Of a stretch of 64,000 bases of DNA, positions 30,046-39,224 are shown in pieces. A program made the translations under genes and the position numbers. The stretch lies in assembly GCA_001766815.1 (NCBI GenBank), contig LYOS01000002.1, forward strand, positions 39,777 through 103,776, given 5' to 3'. The notes below the pieces were generated by a model. It had not been told where the DNA came from, ran no database searches, and saw nothing but the letters and a program-made list of their open reading frames with translations. Numbering within the stretch: position 1 is the first letter of the stretch; each line of letters begins with the position of its first letter. The DNA comes from Candidatus Syntropharchaeum caldarium. GTDB lineage: Archaea; Halobacteriota; Syntropharchaeia; Syntropharchaeales; Syntropharchaeaceae.

Positions 30046-30345
30046 ATGACAACACAGATAAATGTCAAGTTAGAAGAACAGTTGCTTAGAGAAGTTGATG
30101 CTTTAACTAAAGTATTGCACATTTCCCGAAGCGAATGGCTCAGGAATAAAATCGCGTACGCTGTGAAAGAAGAAGCACTTCATCTTAGAGAAGCTATTGT
30201 GATGGAATATGCAAGAGGGCATATCACTGAGGAAGAACTTGAGGAGTTGTTAGGTGCTGATGCAGAGGATGTTGAATATATTTTAAGGAAGGTCCAGGAG
30301 GGGAAGGGCAGGGTTGATGAGATGTTGAAGAAGTGTAACATATGA
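30046..30345 (+). CDS. ribbon-helix-helix (CopG/VapB-like) antitoxin
   Basis: 'TQINVKLEEQLLREVDALTKVLHISRSEWLRNKIAYAV' fits RHH beta-strand plus two helices. ATGA overlap with the downstream PIN-like gene. Confidence 0.6.
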   Translation: MTTQINVKLEEQLLREVDALTKVLHISRSEWLRNKIAYAVKEEALHLREAIVMEYARGHITEEELEELLGADAEDVEYILRKVQEGKGRVDEMLKKCNI

Positions 30346-30809
30346 AGGTGACCTTTGGATTCGATACATCTGCTTTGGTATCATTAGGACATACAGGTTT
30401 AGTAGAGGAGATAGTTAATACATGTAACATCGTTGTCACGGAAAGTATCTTGGATGAATTATACGACATAGGGAATTGGGGTGACCTAGATGCTAAATCA
30501 GCCAAAATGTGGTTAAAATGCTTAGGAGATTTAGATGTAAGATATTCTGAAAGACGAGAAAACGCAGAAGACGAGTTATTTATCATTTGCAACCAGGAAG
30601 GTATACCTATAGTGATTGATGACATTAAAGCATTTAAGAGGTTTGATGGCCTGATTGAGTGCTTATTCAGCGTTCATATAGTGTATTTCTTATACAAGAG
30701 CAACAAGATTACTCGGGAGAGTGCCTTGCTTTCTATTGAAAAGATGAGGGTAGAAAGAGATTGGAAAAGAAACATAATAGCGCTTACTGGGTGGATACTC
30801 TTTGAGTAA
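30342..30809 (+). CDS. PIN-like domain protein (putative VapC-type toxin)
   Basis: N-terminal 'FGFDTSALVSL', 'ILDEL', 'IPIVIDDIKAF' supply candidate acidic PIN residues. Confidence 0.5.
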   Translation: MKVTFGFDTSALVSLGHTGLVEEIVNTCNIVVTESILDELYDIGNWGDLDAKSAKMWLKCLGDLDVRYSERRENAEDELFIICNQEGIPIVIDDIKAFKRFDGLIECLFSVHIVYFLYKSNKITRESALLSIEKMRVERDWKRNIIALTGWILFE

Positions 30810-30810
30810 T

Positions 30811-30935
30811 CATAACCCGCTCAAGCCAAAGCCATTTCCCCTTTCAACTCTGCGGAAACCTTCGGTTTCCTCGCCTTCGCTACGCTACGCCCAAATTGCC
30901 CTCGGGAACTTCTTTTATCCGCAATCCGTTATGCG
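30811..30935 (+). repeat. structured intergenic repeat, copy C (longest)
   Basis: CATAACCCGCTC...GGAAACCTTCGGTTTCC (perfect hairpin)...GCCCAAATTGCCCTCGGGAACTTC...CCGTTATG. It shares the termini and the CAAATT..CGGGAACTTC block with copy A. Confidence 0.5.
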
Positions 30936-31001
30936 CCATCGGCTTTAGAGGCCCAAGGCAAAAGTATTTTTATGTTGGGTAATCAAAGAGGTGATTGAGA
31001 G

Positions 31002-31370
31002 ATGTCGAATATCATCGAGTGGTATATAGCGGTCATAGTTGCTTTTCCTACCATCCTCATGCTTGCAGATGCGTATATTGGGTATAAAAAGGGTGGAAGT
31101 GCCCTTAAGGGAATATCCGGTTTTCGCAGAGCCATCATAGCTCTTACTGTAATTTTAATCCTTGGCATAGCCGTCTTTCACCTACTTGTCAATGATACTG
31201 ATTCTAACTCCAGAGCAGTGGTCAACAACATTCTGAGCATGCTTGCAGGACTCGTTTCTGCCATCGCTGGATTTTACTTCGGAGGTAGATTTACAGAAAA
31301 GAGAGCTGAAGATGCGGAGAGAAGGGCGAAAGGGGTTGAAGAAAGAGCAAGGAAAGCTGAGGAAGAGTAG
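31002..31370 (+). CDS. small membrane protein with charged C-terminal tail, function unknown
   Basis: GAGGTG 7 nt upstream. Three hydrophobic segments, then 'EKRAEDAERRAKGVEERARKAEEE'. Confidence 0.4.
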   Translation: MSNIIEWYIAVIVAFPTILMLADAYIGYKKGGSALKGISGFRRAIIALTVILILGIAVFHLLVNDTDSNSRAVVNNILSMLAGLVSAIAGFYFGGRFTEKRAEDAERRAKGVEERARKAEEE

Positions 31371-31385
31371 AAATGTTTCGTTGAC

Positions 31386-31455
31386 GCGTATAACAGCGTC
31401 TATCTGGCTTTGGCTTACGCTTTCGGATACCCCGCCGCCCGTTATATGAAATGCG
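31386..31455 (+). repeat. structured intergenic repeat, copy B (short)
   Basis: CGTATAACAGCGTCTATCTGGCTTTGGCTTACGCTTTCGGATACCCCGCCGCCCGTTATATGAAATG. It shares ATAACAGCGT.TATCTGGCT, TTCGGATAC and CGTTATATGAAAT with copy A. Confidence 0.5.
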
Positions 31456-31491
31456 AACGAGCCAAATGAAATGTTATTAAAGGTTTAAATC

Positions 31492-31683
31492 ATGAATATG
31501 AGAAAAAGTGAAATAATCGTCCTGGGGATAATTCTTTTCTCCTTCATCGTTGGTATTTATTTTTATCCTCAGATGCCAGAGCAGATGGCATCGCACTGGA
31601 ATGCTCAGGGACAGATGGATGGATATATGTCAAAATTCTGGGGATTGTTCCTGATGCCGCTGATCTCTGTGGCACTATTTTAA
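31492..31683 (+). pseudogene. N-terminal fragment of a DUF1648/SdpI-like membrane protein
   Basis: 63 aa: 'YFYPQMPEQMASHWNAQGQMDGYMSKFWGLFLMP' matches the DUF1648 start (P..iP.HWn..G..dgy.sk). The ORF stops after about 1.5 TM segments, whereas family members are several-fold longer. Confidence 0.45.
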
Positions 31684-31741
31684 TATCGTACTACCAAGAC
31701 TTAAATCTATCCTGAATTAACTAATTCCTCAGGAGAGAAGG

Positions 31742-32293
31742 ATGATTGCTGTTGTGATGGCAGGCGGTAAAGCTACAAGGCTTGGATGTGTGGAAAAACC
31801 AATGGTTAAGCTTGGAGGCATTCCACTTATAGACCATGTCATGCGCCCGCTCATTGAACTGGATATTGAGACCATTGTTGCTGTATCGAAGAATACACAG
31901 GATACGACCGTCTACTGTCAGCGATCAAATTATGAGGTCGTGATGACATCGGGAAATGATTACCACGAGGATCTATTCCATCTCACAGAACAGTTCGGTG
32001 CGATCCTTACGATTGTATCAGATATCCCTTTCCTGACTCCTGCTCACATCAAGGCGATTTTAAAGGCAGATCGAATGAGAGATTCTGTTGTTGGATGCAC
32101 GATGGTGCATGATGTGATCACGCCTTTTGGACTCAACATCGTTGATGGAACCACGGATCGCTATCTGCTTTTTGATGATTATTATGTCGGTATCAATATC
32201 AACTCACAGGAAGATCTTGATCTTGCAGAAAAGATTTCTGGAGAGGTAGATTACAACCGCACGGTTGGATCAAAGCTTCTTGAGAAGATTTAA
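31742..32293 (+). CDS. cobY: adenosylcobinamide-phosphate guanylyltransferase (archaeal CobY-like NTP transferase)
   Basis: 'AVVMAGGKATRLGCVEKPMVKLGGIPLIDHV' matches the CobY N-terminus. About 180 aa. Confidence 0.65.
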   Translation: MIAVVMAGGKATRLGCVEKPMVKLGGIPLIDHVMRPLIELDIETIVAVSKNTQDTTVYCQRSNYEVVMTSGNDYHEDLFHLTEQFGAILTIVSDIPFLTPAHIKAILKADRMRDSVVGCTMVHDVITPFGLNIVDGTTDRYLLFDDYYVGININSQEDLDLAEKISGEVDYNRTVGSKLLEKI

Positions 32294-32320
32294 AAAAGAA
32301 AAAATAGTCTGTTTCCAGAC

Positions 32321-33394
32321 CTATTTTAGCTGACCGTACTTCCTGGTTGCTGCAACCATTGCCTCGATGTTTTCATCAGGTGTCTTCACGAAGAAATCGC
32401 ATCCAGGAGAGACAACATCGATCTTTGCATTTTCGATGATATTTTTCACCCACGCATCGATCTTATCCGCACTATTCTTCTTCTTGAGAAGTGACATCGT
32501 TGGCAGGTTTCCAGCGAGCGCGACACCTGTTCCAGCAGAATCAACACTCTCCCGTGCCTTTACTGCATCGGTCTTCTCATCGATTACAATCATCTTTGCA
32601 CCAACCTCGGCACAATCTTTCATGATTGGCCCGGCTGTACCTGACATTGTAAGAATCTCCATTGGAGATTTTGCAAATATCTCGCTGATTGGTGCTTTGA
32701 ATAGATCAACAAAGTCCTTTGGTGAGACATTGTCACAGCAGGCACCGTCTTCCCTGTACACGACATAGTCTGCGCCTGCTTCCTTGTAGATCTTTCCGAG
32801 TTCGATCGGAAGATCCAGCACTGCATTATAGAACGCCTTCACCTTCTCTGGATCCGTCCTCACCAGCATCATGAACTGGATCGTATCAAGGACGTATCCG
32901 AGCAATGTCGTGAAAATTCCCATTGACCAGACAAATATTGGTACCTCACCATAGTACTTTTCATGGAGTATCTTGAGGGCCTCTGTGATCACAGGAACCC
33001 TTCCTGAATTTGCGATATCATCCGGGATTGTGAGATCAGAGGGCTCCTTAATCTCGACACCATCTTTTGTGAAGCCAGGTCGCAGAACACCTGGCCAGAG
33101 GATCTTACCCTTCTTGAGCTGTTTCTCCCTGAAGTCCACAGCCATACCAAGTATCTCTGCCTCGACTACCGCATCAAATGGCACAACCACACTTTCAAGC
33201 CCAAATTTCTCATAAGCCGCGGAACCGAGTATAGCCATCTTTTCAGGATCTTTGTGAGCTTCAGGCCATCCTGCATTGAATTCCTTCATCAGGTTCTCTG
33301 TGTATGTCCCAACTCCCGGGCAGGCGCAGGGTATCCGATCGATCTCCCCTTTCTTGCCTTCCAGGATCAACTTCATCCTCTCGTACGAATTCAT
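32321..33394 (-). CDS. uroporphyrinogen decarboxylase (URO-D) family protein, MtaA/MtbA-like methyltransferase
   Basis: 357 aa. 'ERMKLILEGKKGEIDRIPC' N-terminus, 'VVVPFDAVVEAEILG'. A canonical HxC zinc motif is not obvious. Confidence 0.65.
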   Translation of the reverse strand: MNSYERMKLILEGKKGEIDRIPCACPGVGTYTENLMKEFNAGWPEAHKDPEKMAILGSAAYEKFGLESVVVPFDAVVEAEILGMAVDFREKQLKKGKILWPGVLRPGFTKDGVEIKEPSDLTIPDDIANSGRVPVITEALKILHEKYYGEVPIFVWSMGIFTTLLGYVLDTIQFMMLVRTDPEKVKAFYNAVLDLPIELGKIYKEAGADYVVYREDGACCDNVSPKDFVDLFKAPISEIFAKSPMEILTMSGTAGPIMKDCAEVGAKMIVIDEKTDAVKARESVDSAGTGVALAGNLPTMSLLKKKNSADKIDAWVKNIIENAKIDVVSPGCDFFVKTPDENIEAMVAATRKYGQLK

Positions 33395-33513
33395 CCTATC
33401 ACACCTTCATCTCTTTGTTAAACCATGTATTTGATTCATAATCTTCTCTGTCGTTTATAAGGATTTGGGTTTGCATCGTTGAAGGCGTGATTAAAAGTAA
33501 ACTGGGTAAATAG

Positions 33514-34443
33514 TTACAAGAAAAAAAGATAAACGACGATCGCACACAGCAACAGCAACAGGAGAACTATCATCACATCCGTGCTCTTTATGATAAGCGT
33601 CTTCTTATCCTTTAATACACCATCGAACGGGGCAAGCTTCTCATGCAACCACAGCCTGCTCTTTTCTGTATCTGGGGGTCTAAACGCGGGTAAATTGAAG
33701 ACAAGAACACCTTTTTTGTGATATAGCGCCCATGAATAGTAAACCAGTACAAAGACCGCAAGACCTCCAAAAAGGATGCCGATCATCGCATTGAGGCTGA
33801 AGAGTGCATGGAGGAAGATCGCACCTATCGGAATAATGAGTATCGGGATCGCTACAAATATCCATGCGGCAGTCTCCTCAAATAGCTCAAACTCATTGGT
33901 GATGAATAGCCACCATACAAGATAAAAAATGAGTGTTACATAATGCGCCACACCTATAGGAAACTCAAGCACGTAGAGAAAGCCAGCCATCGTAAATATC
34001 GCAAGGAGCATTGTTTTTGTAGCAAACTTCGGCGTGACTCCAGGTGCAATTATCTCAGGTGATCTATTTACCTGCTCATCTATCAATGCTGCCACCTTGC
34101 GATTTACAAGATCAATCTCTTCTTTCATCTCATCGATCTCAACCCCAACCTCTGCAACTTTCCGCAGGACCGGCTCAAGCCGACGATAAATCCCCTTCTC
34201 AAAAGAGGCATCGATGACCTTTTCATAATAGAGAACCTTTCCAAATGTGCGAGTCGCAAATAATCCAACCTCAAAAGCAATGAAGATAAATATGATATCA
34301 AGAAGAATGCCCGTTGGGTTAAACTCCACAAAAAAATCGATGACAAATGAGTATAATGCGATGAAGAAAAGGATAATACTCGCTGTAAGTGAGCCTACCA
34401 GTCCAACTTTATCAGATAAGGATGTCTTACTCTTAACTTCCAT
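33514..34443 (-). CDS. polytopic membrane protein with central coiled-coil segment, function unknown
   Basis: 309 aa, at least 7 hydrophobic segments. No recognisable motif. Confidence 0.4.
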   Translation of the reverse strand: MEVKSKTSLSDKVGLVGSLTASIILFFIALYSFVIDFFVEFNPTGILLDIIFIFIAFEVGLFATRTFGKVLYYEKVIDASFEKGIYRRLEPVLRKVAEVGVEIDEMKEEIDLVNRKVAALIDEQVNRSPEIIAPGVTPKFATKTMLLAIFTMAGFLYVLEFPIGVAHYVTLIFYLVWWLFITNEFELFEETAAWIFVAIPILIIPIGAIFLHALFSLNAMIGILFGGLAVFVLVYYSWALYHKKGVLVFNLPAFRPPDTEKSRLWLHEKLAPFDGVLKDKKTLIIKSTDVMIVLLLLLLCAIVVYLFFL

Positions 34444-34609
34444 GCCTGCATCACGTCTACTCTTTCATTTCCATCTATTTATATGAACCTTTCTATTTTT
34501 CAACTTCCCCCCTTCTTACCAGAACCCCACAGCAAAAACTGCTACGATCCAGGCAGAGCCTCCAAACCCTGGCGTTCTCTGCTGCTATAACTCATGAGAA
34601 CATCGAGAT

Positions 34610-34644
34610 TAAAATAAAATTAAAAAAGAAGGGATTGACCCTTC
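34610..34644 (-). terminator. hairpin plus oligo-T terminator of the left cytochrome gene
   Basis: Two nt after the TAA stop (34647-34649), the minus strand reads GAAGGG-TCAAT-CCCTTC followed by TTTTTTAATTTTATTTT. Confidence 0.45.
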
Positions 34645-34646
34645 AC

Positions 34647-35381
34647 TTATGGGTAGGTATAACTTTCCACATAGGCGTTTTCGTAGCCAGACTCTGTCAC
34701 GTTGTCACCGAGTGCCTGGAAGTTATCGACTGTCCACTCGCCATCCTCATCCTCTTCGGCATCGAAATCAAGGACAACATTCTTCGTCCATGAGATGTTG
34801 ACACCAACGCGGGTATGACATCCAATGCATGCCTCGTTCGAGTCGATCATAAGGTCATCATCGATCGCCTGCTGGATGAATGCGTTGTGTGCGGCCTTCG
34901 TCCCATTTCTGCCACCGGCATCATAGGAGTACTGGTAAGGATCGTTTGTCTCATCGCCGTTGTAATCACCAACACCATCTGGCTGATCGAATCCACCCGC
35001 GTGTGGGTAACCACCGAGCCCATCATTTCCATACTCATGGCAGATCATACATGCGATCGTCTCTGCTGCGTGCGAGGTCGTACCTGGGGTTGAACCTGAG
35101 GTATCACCTGATGCAACACCTGTTGGCTTCTGCACCTGTGAGGAGTTCACCCTGTGACAGTCACACCCAGGGGATGCAAGGCCTTTGTGCACACCATTAT
35201 CAGAATCGATCATCTCTGCGTTGATATCGCCATGACACTTCACACAGGGTAGCTGGTTTCCATCATCACTCAGGTTATACCAGCTGTGCTGTCCACTGAA
35301 GAGTGCTGCTGTCTGTGGGAGTGCGAATATTCCGATTGCTACGATTGCAACCAGTAGCAGTCCAGTTGTATTCCTTCTCAT
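34647..35381 (-). CDS. membrane-anchored multihaem c-type cytochrome (3 CxxCH + 1 CxCH)
   Basis: N-terminal TM anchor. CVKCH, CMICH, CIGCH plus 'GCDCH'. GGAGGTGA 5 nt upstream. Paralogue of 42871..43566. Confidence 0.85.
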   Translation of the reverse strand: MRRNTTGLLLVAIVAIGIFALPQTAALFSGQHSWYNLSDDGNQLPCVKCHGDINAEMIDSDNGVHKGLASPGCDCHRVNSSQVQKPTGVASGDTSGSTPGTTSHAAETIACMICHEYGNDGLGGYPHAGGFDQPDGVGDYNGDETNDPYQYSYDAGGRNGTKAAHNAFIQQAIDDDLMIDSNEACIGCHTRVGVNISWTKNVVLDFDAEEDEDGEWTVDNFQALGDNVTESGYENAYVESYTYP

Positions 35382-35671
35382 CTATCTCACCTCCTTCTCA
35401 GTTGTTCAGATTTTGATTTCTGGGTTTCTCTCGTCTCCAGATTTTTTAGTTTTGAAAGAGGTGGTACGAGATTTTAAATTTTATCGCATCTCTTCCTCTT
35501 ACCTCTACGTCTATCTACTCGCGTATAGTTTATAAAAGAGATGGGTGTGATCATTTAGAAAAAAAGTTAATATTAATGATTAATACTCACTTTTGACCGA
35601 TTTTAATAAATATAACATAGTTATTTCATAATTGTAATAAAAAATCCCTAAGAGATAGTCCGGGACGAAAG

Positions 35672-36160
<489 letters not shown>

Positions 36161-36166
36161 TTAAAA

Positions 36167-37075
36167 CTATACTGTCTCAGATGAGAAATAGATCGTATCA
36201 CCTGTTTTCAGATCATTGAGAAGTTCACGGTTTTCTGTCACTGTGCCCACGATGTTACTTGCTTTGAAGTTCTCGCCTGTTGGCCCATATTTTTCACTTG
36301 GTTTGAGTCGTATGCCTATCGTCCCCGCACCTTCTTTTGCCATATTTGTCACACCAATTGTAAAGCTCTCCATCACATCAGGGGTATTCTCTGGCATTAT
36401 ACTCCGCTTATATCCTGCTCGTTCATCGAAGAGAACGAACGCACGGTATTTCTTCTTGACGCTCAGTTTTCCAACACCAGCCCTCATAAAGGTTGCATAT
36501 CTGAAGTAGTGAAGTGTCTGGTCTATATTTTCACATAGTTTTATCCTGAGGATCTTATCTGATGATATGCCGTATGTCCTGACCTCTCCTGTTTTAAGAA
36601 TGGATATCGTATAGACTGGGTTCTGTTCTACAATGATTGCGTCGTCCTCGATCGCGCCCTCCCGGATTTGATGGATTCCACGCGCACTGAGCATCCTGTA
36701 TGCCTCCTCCTGTTGCATTCCGATCGCCATTATTCGTGGTGGTTCAACAGAAAGCATAACCTCATCGGATGCCTTCAGCCCTTCCAGAACCTCTGTATTC
36801 TCCAGTATGCCCACAACATCGTGCGATCTTGAGGGTAAAACATTGCGTCGATAGATGTAAACATTACCAATGCCATTTCCCGTGTTTCTCACTGTTACAG
36901 TGTTACTTGAACGAAAACCTGTGGGATCGTCACCATTTCCATAGAAATCAGCCGACCCCACGATCTTTACGTACGTATCGTTAATCTCTTCTACCTTCAA
37001 AGTTCGATCTGCTACGACGTAGATATAGTCGCTTGCCTCATTCTCACTGATGACCTTCAATCGTATTTCTTTCAT
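36167..37075 (-). CDS. methanogenesis marker protein 3 (Mmp3/UPF0288)-like, short form
   Basis: C-terminal half 'MPENTPDVMESFTIGVTNMAKEGAGTIGIRLKPSEKYGPTGENFKASNIVGTV' matches my memory of the Mmp3 signature (PEN.P...G.iGvTN....G.iGvR....fGPTGE). ATGA overlap with the upstream gene. Confidence 0.6.
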   Translation of the reverse strand: MKEIRLKVISENEASDYIYVVADRTLKVEEINDTYVKIVGSADFYGNGDDPTGFRSSNTVTVRNTGNGIGNVYIYRRNVLPSRSHDVVGILENTEVLEGLKASDEVMLSVEPPRIMAIGMQQEEAYRMLSARGIHQIREGAIEDDAIIVEQNPVYTISILKTGEVRTYGISSDKILRIKLCENIDQTLHYFRYATFMRAGVGKLSVKKKYRAFVLFDERAGYKRSIMPENTPDVMESFTIGVTNMAKEGAGTIGIRLKPSEKYGPTGENFKASNIVGTVTENRELLNDLKTGDTIYFSSETV

Positions 37076-37617
37076 GTCTGCAGGCTCTGGAAGACCTGAT
37101 CAAGTCTTTGTGTACTCAGGACTTCCTCTGATGCTACCACCAGAAGTGCGTTCTTCTCTTTCTTTACATTCCATATCCTGAACCCCTCTGGCGCCAGTAA
37201 TTCAAGGAAGGTGATGATATCGTCGAGAAATTCTTCAGACGGCTCAAATATGACAGATTGCATGAAATCCTCCTCTATCTCGGTCTTTACCAAAATTTCA
37301 AGTCTATTTGGCTGTTCCACCATACTGCGTCCAAAGGCATCCCAGAGGTATCGAAGCAACGTTGGCGCGTATGTTTCATCCTTTATGCGAAATATCGTCT
37401 CTCCATCTTCACTTTCGCTCTCCGCTATATTTGCTATTGTAACAAATGATCCACGAGCTTCTTTATAGGCAAGACGAGCCGCAAAGACTCCTTCTTCGGG
37501 ATCAATCTCCATCTCTATCTTATCTATTTCTACTGGAAAGTCATGTGCTCTGATCTCTGCAACTCTGCGATAGGCATCAGCCCCCTTTGCATCCTGGGAT
37601 CTTACAATAATATCCAT
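37072..37617 (-). CDS. methanogenesis marker protein 17 (Mmp17)-like
   Basis: 181 aa acidic soluble protein. Assignment rests mostly on size and its position between A2 and Mmp3-like genes. No motif verified. Confidence 0.45.
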   Translation of the reverse strand: MDIIVRSQDAKGADAYRRVAEIRAHDFPVEIDKIEMEIDPEEGVFAARLAYKEARGSFVTIANIAESESEDGETIFRIKDETYAPTLLRYLWDAFGRSMVEQPNRLEILVKTEIEEDFMQSVIFEPSEEFLDDIITFLELLAPEGFRIWNVKKEKNALLVVASEEVLSTQRLDQVFQSLQT

Positions 37618-37620
37618 CTT

Positions 37621-39189
37621 TCAGATAATGCCACTTTTCAGTGCGTATTCGATGCCTGTGTCAGTATCTCCGGTGAAGATCGCCTTGCCCTTATCCATTA
37701 CCGTAACCCTGTCACACACGAGCCGTACAAACTCAAGGTCATGGCTCACGATAAGAAACGTGGTCTTATGTTCGTTGCGACGGTTAATAATAGAGTTGGT
37801 TATCTGGTACATTGTCATCTCATCCAGTGTGCCTGTTGGTTCATCCAGTATCATTATCTTGGGGTCCTTGAGGATAATCGATGCAAATATTATCCGATGC
37901 TTCTCTCCCTCGCTAAGCTCATCGGGATATCGTTTCAAAATTCCCTCAATTCGTTCTTCACTAAACCCAACAAGCTCAAGGACGTCATAAATTTTCTCCT
38001 CTAAGATCTCTTCCGGCACTCCTGGTACAAATCCCTGCATATTTCTGTAAACTGTCTGGTATGCGGATAGCCCATATTCCTGGTGAAGTATGGCGATCTT
38101 TTCTTTGACACGCCCCCTTTGTATGCCACGTTCACGCATATCCACACGTTCACCATCCAGTCGAACTGTGCAGACACCTTCAAATTCGGAACTGTCACCA
38201 TTGATAATTGTAACAAGTGTTGTCTTACCTGCACCGCTATGTCCCAGAATCCCGTGTATCTCGCCTTCATAAATATCGAGCGATACGCCATCCAGTGCTT
38301 TTATAACACCCTCATCCACCGTGAAGTATTCCCTGCGAAGATCTCTGCACTGAATTATTGGTTCACCTTCAAAGTTAACAACCTGTTTCTTCGACAGACG
38401 TCGTTCAGCGATGAAACGTTCCATTACCTTGCTTGTCTCTCCCTCAAAGACTGCCTTTCCTTCTATAAGCAATATCGATCGCGGGGCCACCTCAGGTATA
38501 TACGATGTCAGATGTGACGCGATGAACGTTGTTCGCTCTTTCGAGATCTCTTTTATCACATCATACATCTCTTCTGATGATTTGGGGTCAAGCGTTCCCG
38601 TAGGCTCATCAAGCAGAAGCACCATCGGATCTTTTGCGATCTGTCTTGCCATCACGACTCTTTGCTTCTCACCGCCGCTCAGGTCCCGTGCAATATGTTT
38701 GATCCTGTGTTCAAGTGAGACGATCTTCACGATCTCATGTGCCCGTTCCATACGTGCATCGATCGGATAATCAGAGCTATGCAGAGCTGCAAGCACATTC
38801 TCGATAACAGACCGCATCGAATAAATCCCGGTGGCTTCCTGAAACATGATCGCAACCCGCCGTTTTATCACATCGCGCATACCTTTATCAATCTCCCAGA
38901 AGTCAACCCGCTGGAGTTCCATCGCCGAACCACAGCGCGGGCATTCTGTGCGTGATGGAGTATCAACCCGCTCGCAATTCTCACAAAAGCGAATGTTGTA
39001 GTATATATGCCCGGCTGTTGGTCTATATTCCTCCATGCCGCGCAATGTGTACATTAGTGCGCTTTTTCCAGCTCCACTTGCTCCAATAACACCGATTATA
39101 TCGTTTTCTTCCACGCTCAGGTTTATATTATCGAGTATCTTGTTGCCTCCCTTTTCGATGGAAAGATTTTCTATCTCTATAATCTTCAT
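37621..39189 (-). CDS. atwA: methyl-coenzyme M reductase system component A2 (AtwA), double ABC ATPase
   Basis: Two ABC cassettes (Walker A 'GASGAGKSA' and 'GHSGAGKTT'; signatures 'LSGGEKQRV' and 'LSEGEKHRI'). Cys4 insertion 'CENCERVDTPSRTECPRCG' after the first P-loop. Track start 39207 is TTG; ATG 39189 gives the 'MKIIEIENL' start. Confidence 0.8.
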   Translation of the reverse strand: MKIIEIENLSIEKGGNKILDNINLSVEENDIIGVIGASGAGKSALMYTLRGMEEYRPTAGHIYYNIRFCENCERVDTPSRTECPRCGSAMELQRVDFWEIDKGMRDVIKRRVAIMFQEATGIYSMRSVIENVLAALHSSDYPIDARMERAHEIVKIVSLEHRIKHIARDLSGGEKQRVVMARQIAKDPMVLLLDEPTGTLDPKSSEEMYDVIKEISKERTTFIASHLTSYIPEVAPRSILLIEGKAVFEGETSKVMERFIAERRLSKKQVVNFEGEPIIQCRDLRREYFTVDEGVIKALDGVSLDIYEGEIHGILGHSGAGKTTLVTIINGDSSEFEGVCTVRLDGERVDMRERGIQRGRVKEKIAILHQEYGLSAYQTVYRNMQGFVPGVPEEILEEKIYDVLELVGFSEERIEGILKRYPDELSEGEKHRIIFASIILKDPKIMILDEPTGTLDEMTMYQITNSIINRRNEHKTTFLIVSHDLEFVRLVCDRVTVMDKGKAIFTGDTDTGIEYALKSGII

Positions 39190-39224
39190 AGACCCACTCC
39201 GTTGCAAACTTAAATCAAGGCTTA

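Noticed and set aside
29862-30089. 75-aa ORF in the islet (and similarly the 31243..31449 ORF)
   Set aside because: Both read straight through the intergenic repeat copies and overlap the real RHH or membrane-protein genes. There is no RBS and no motif.
28365-31700. Islet as a tRNA-targeted integrated element or prophage remnant
   Set aside because: No integrase, no repeat of the tRNA 3' end, and an intact ccdA-like housekeeping gene separates the tRNA from the islet.
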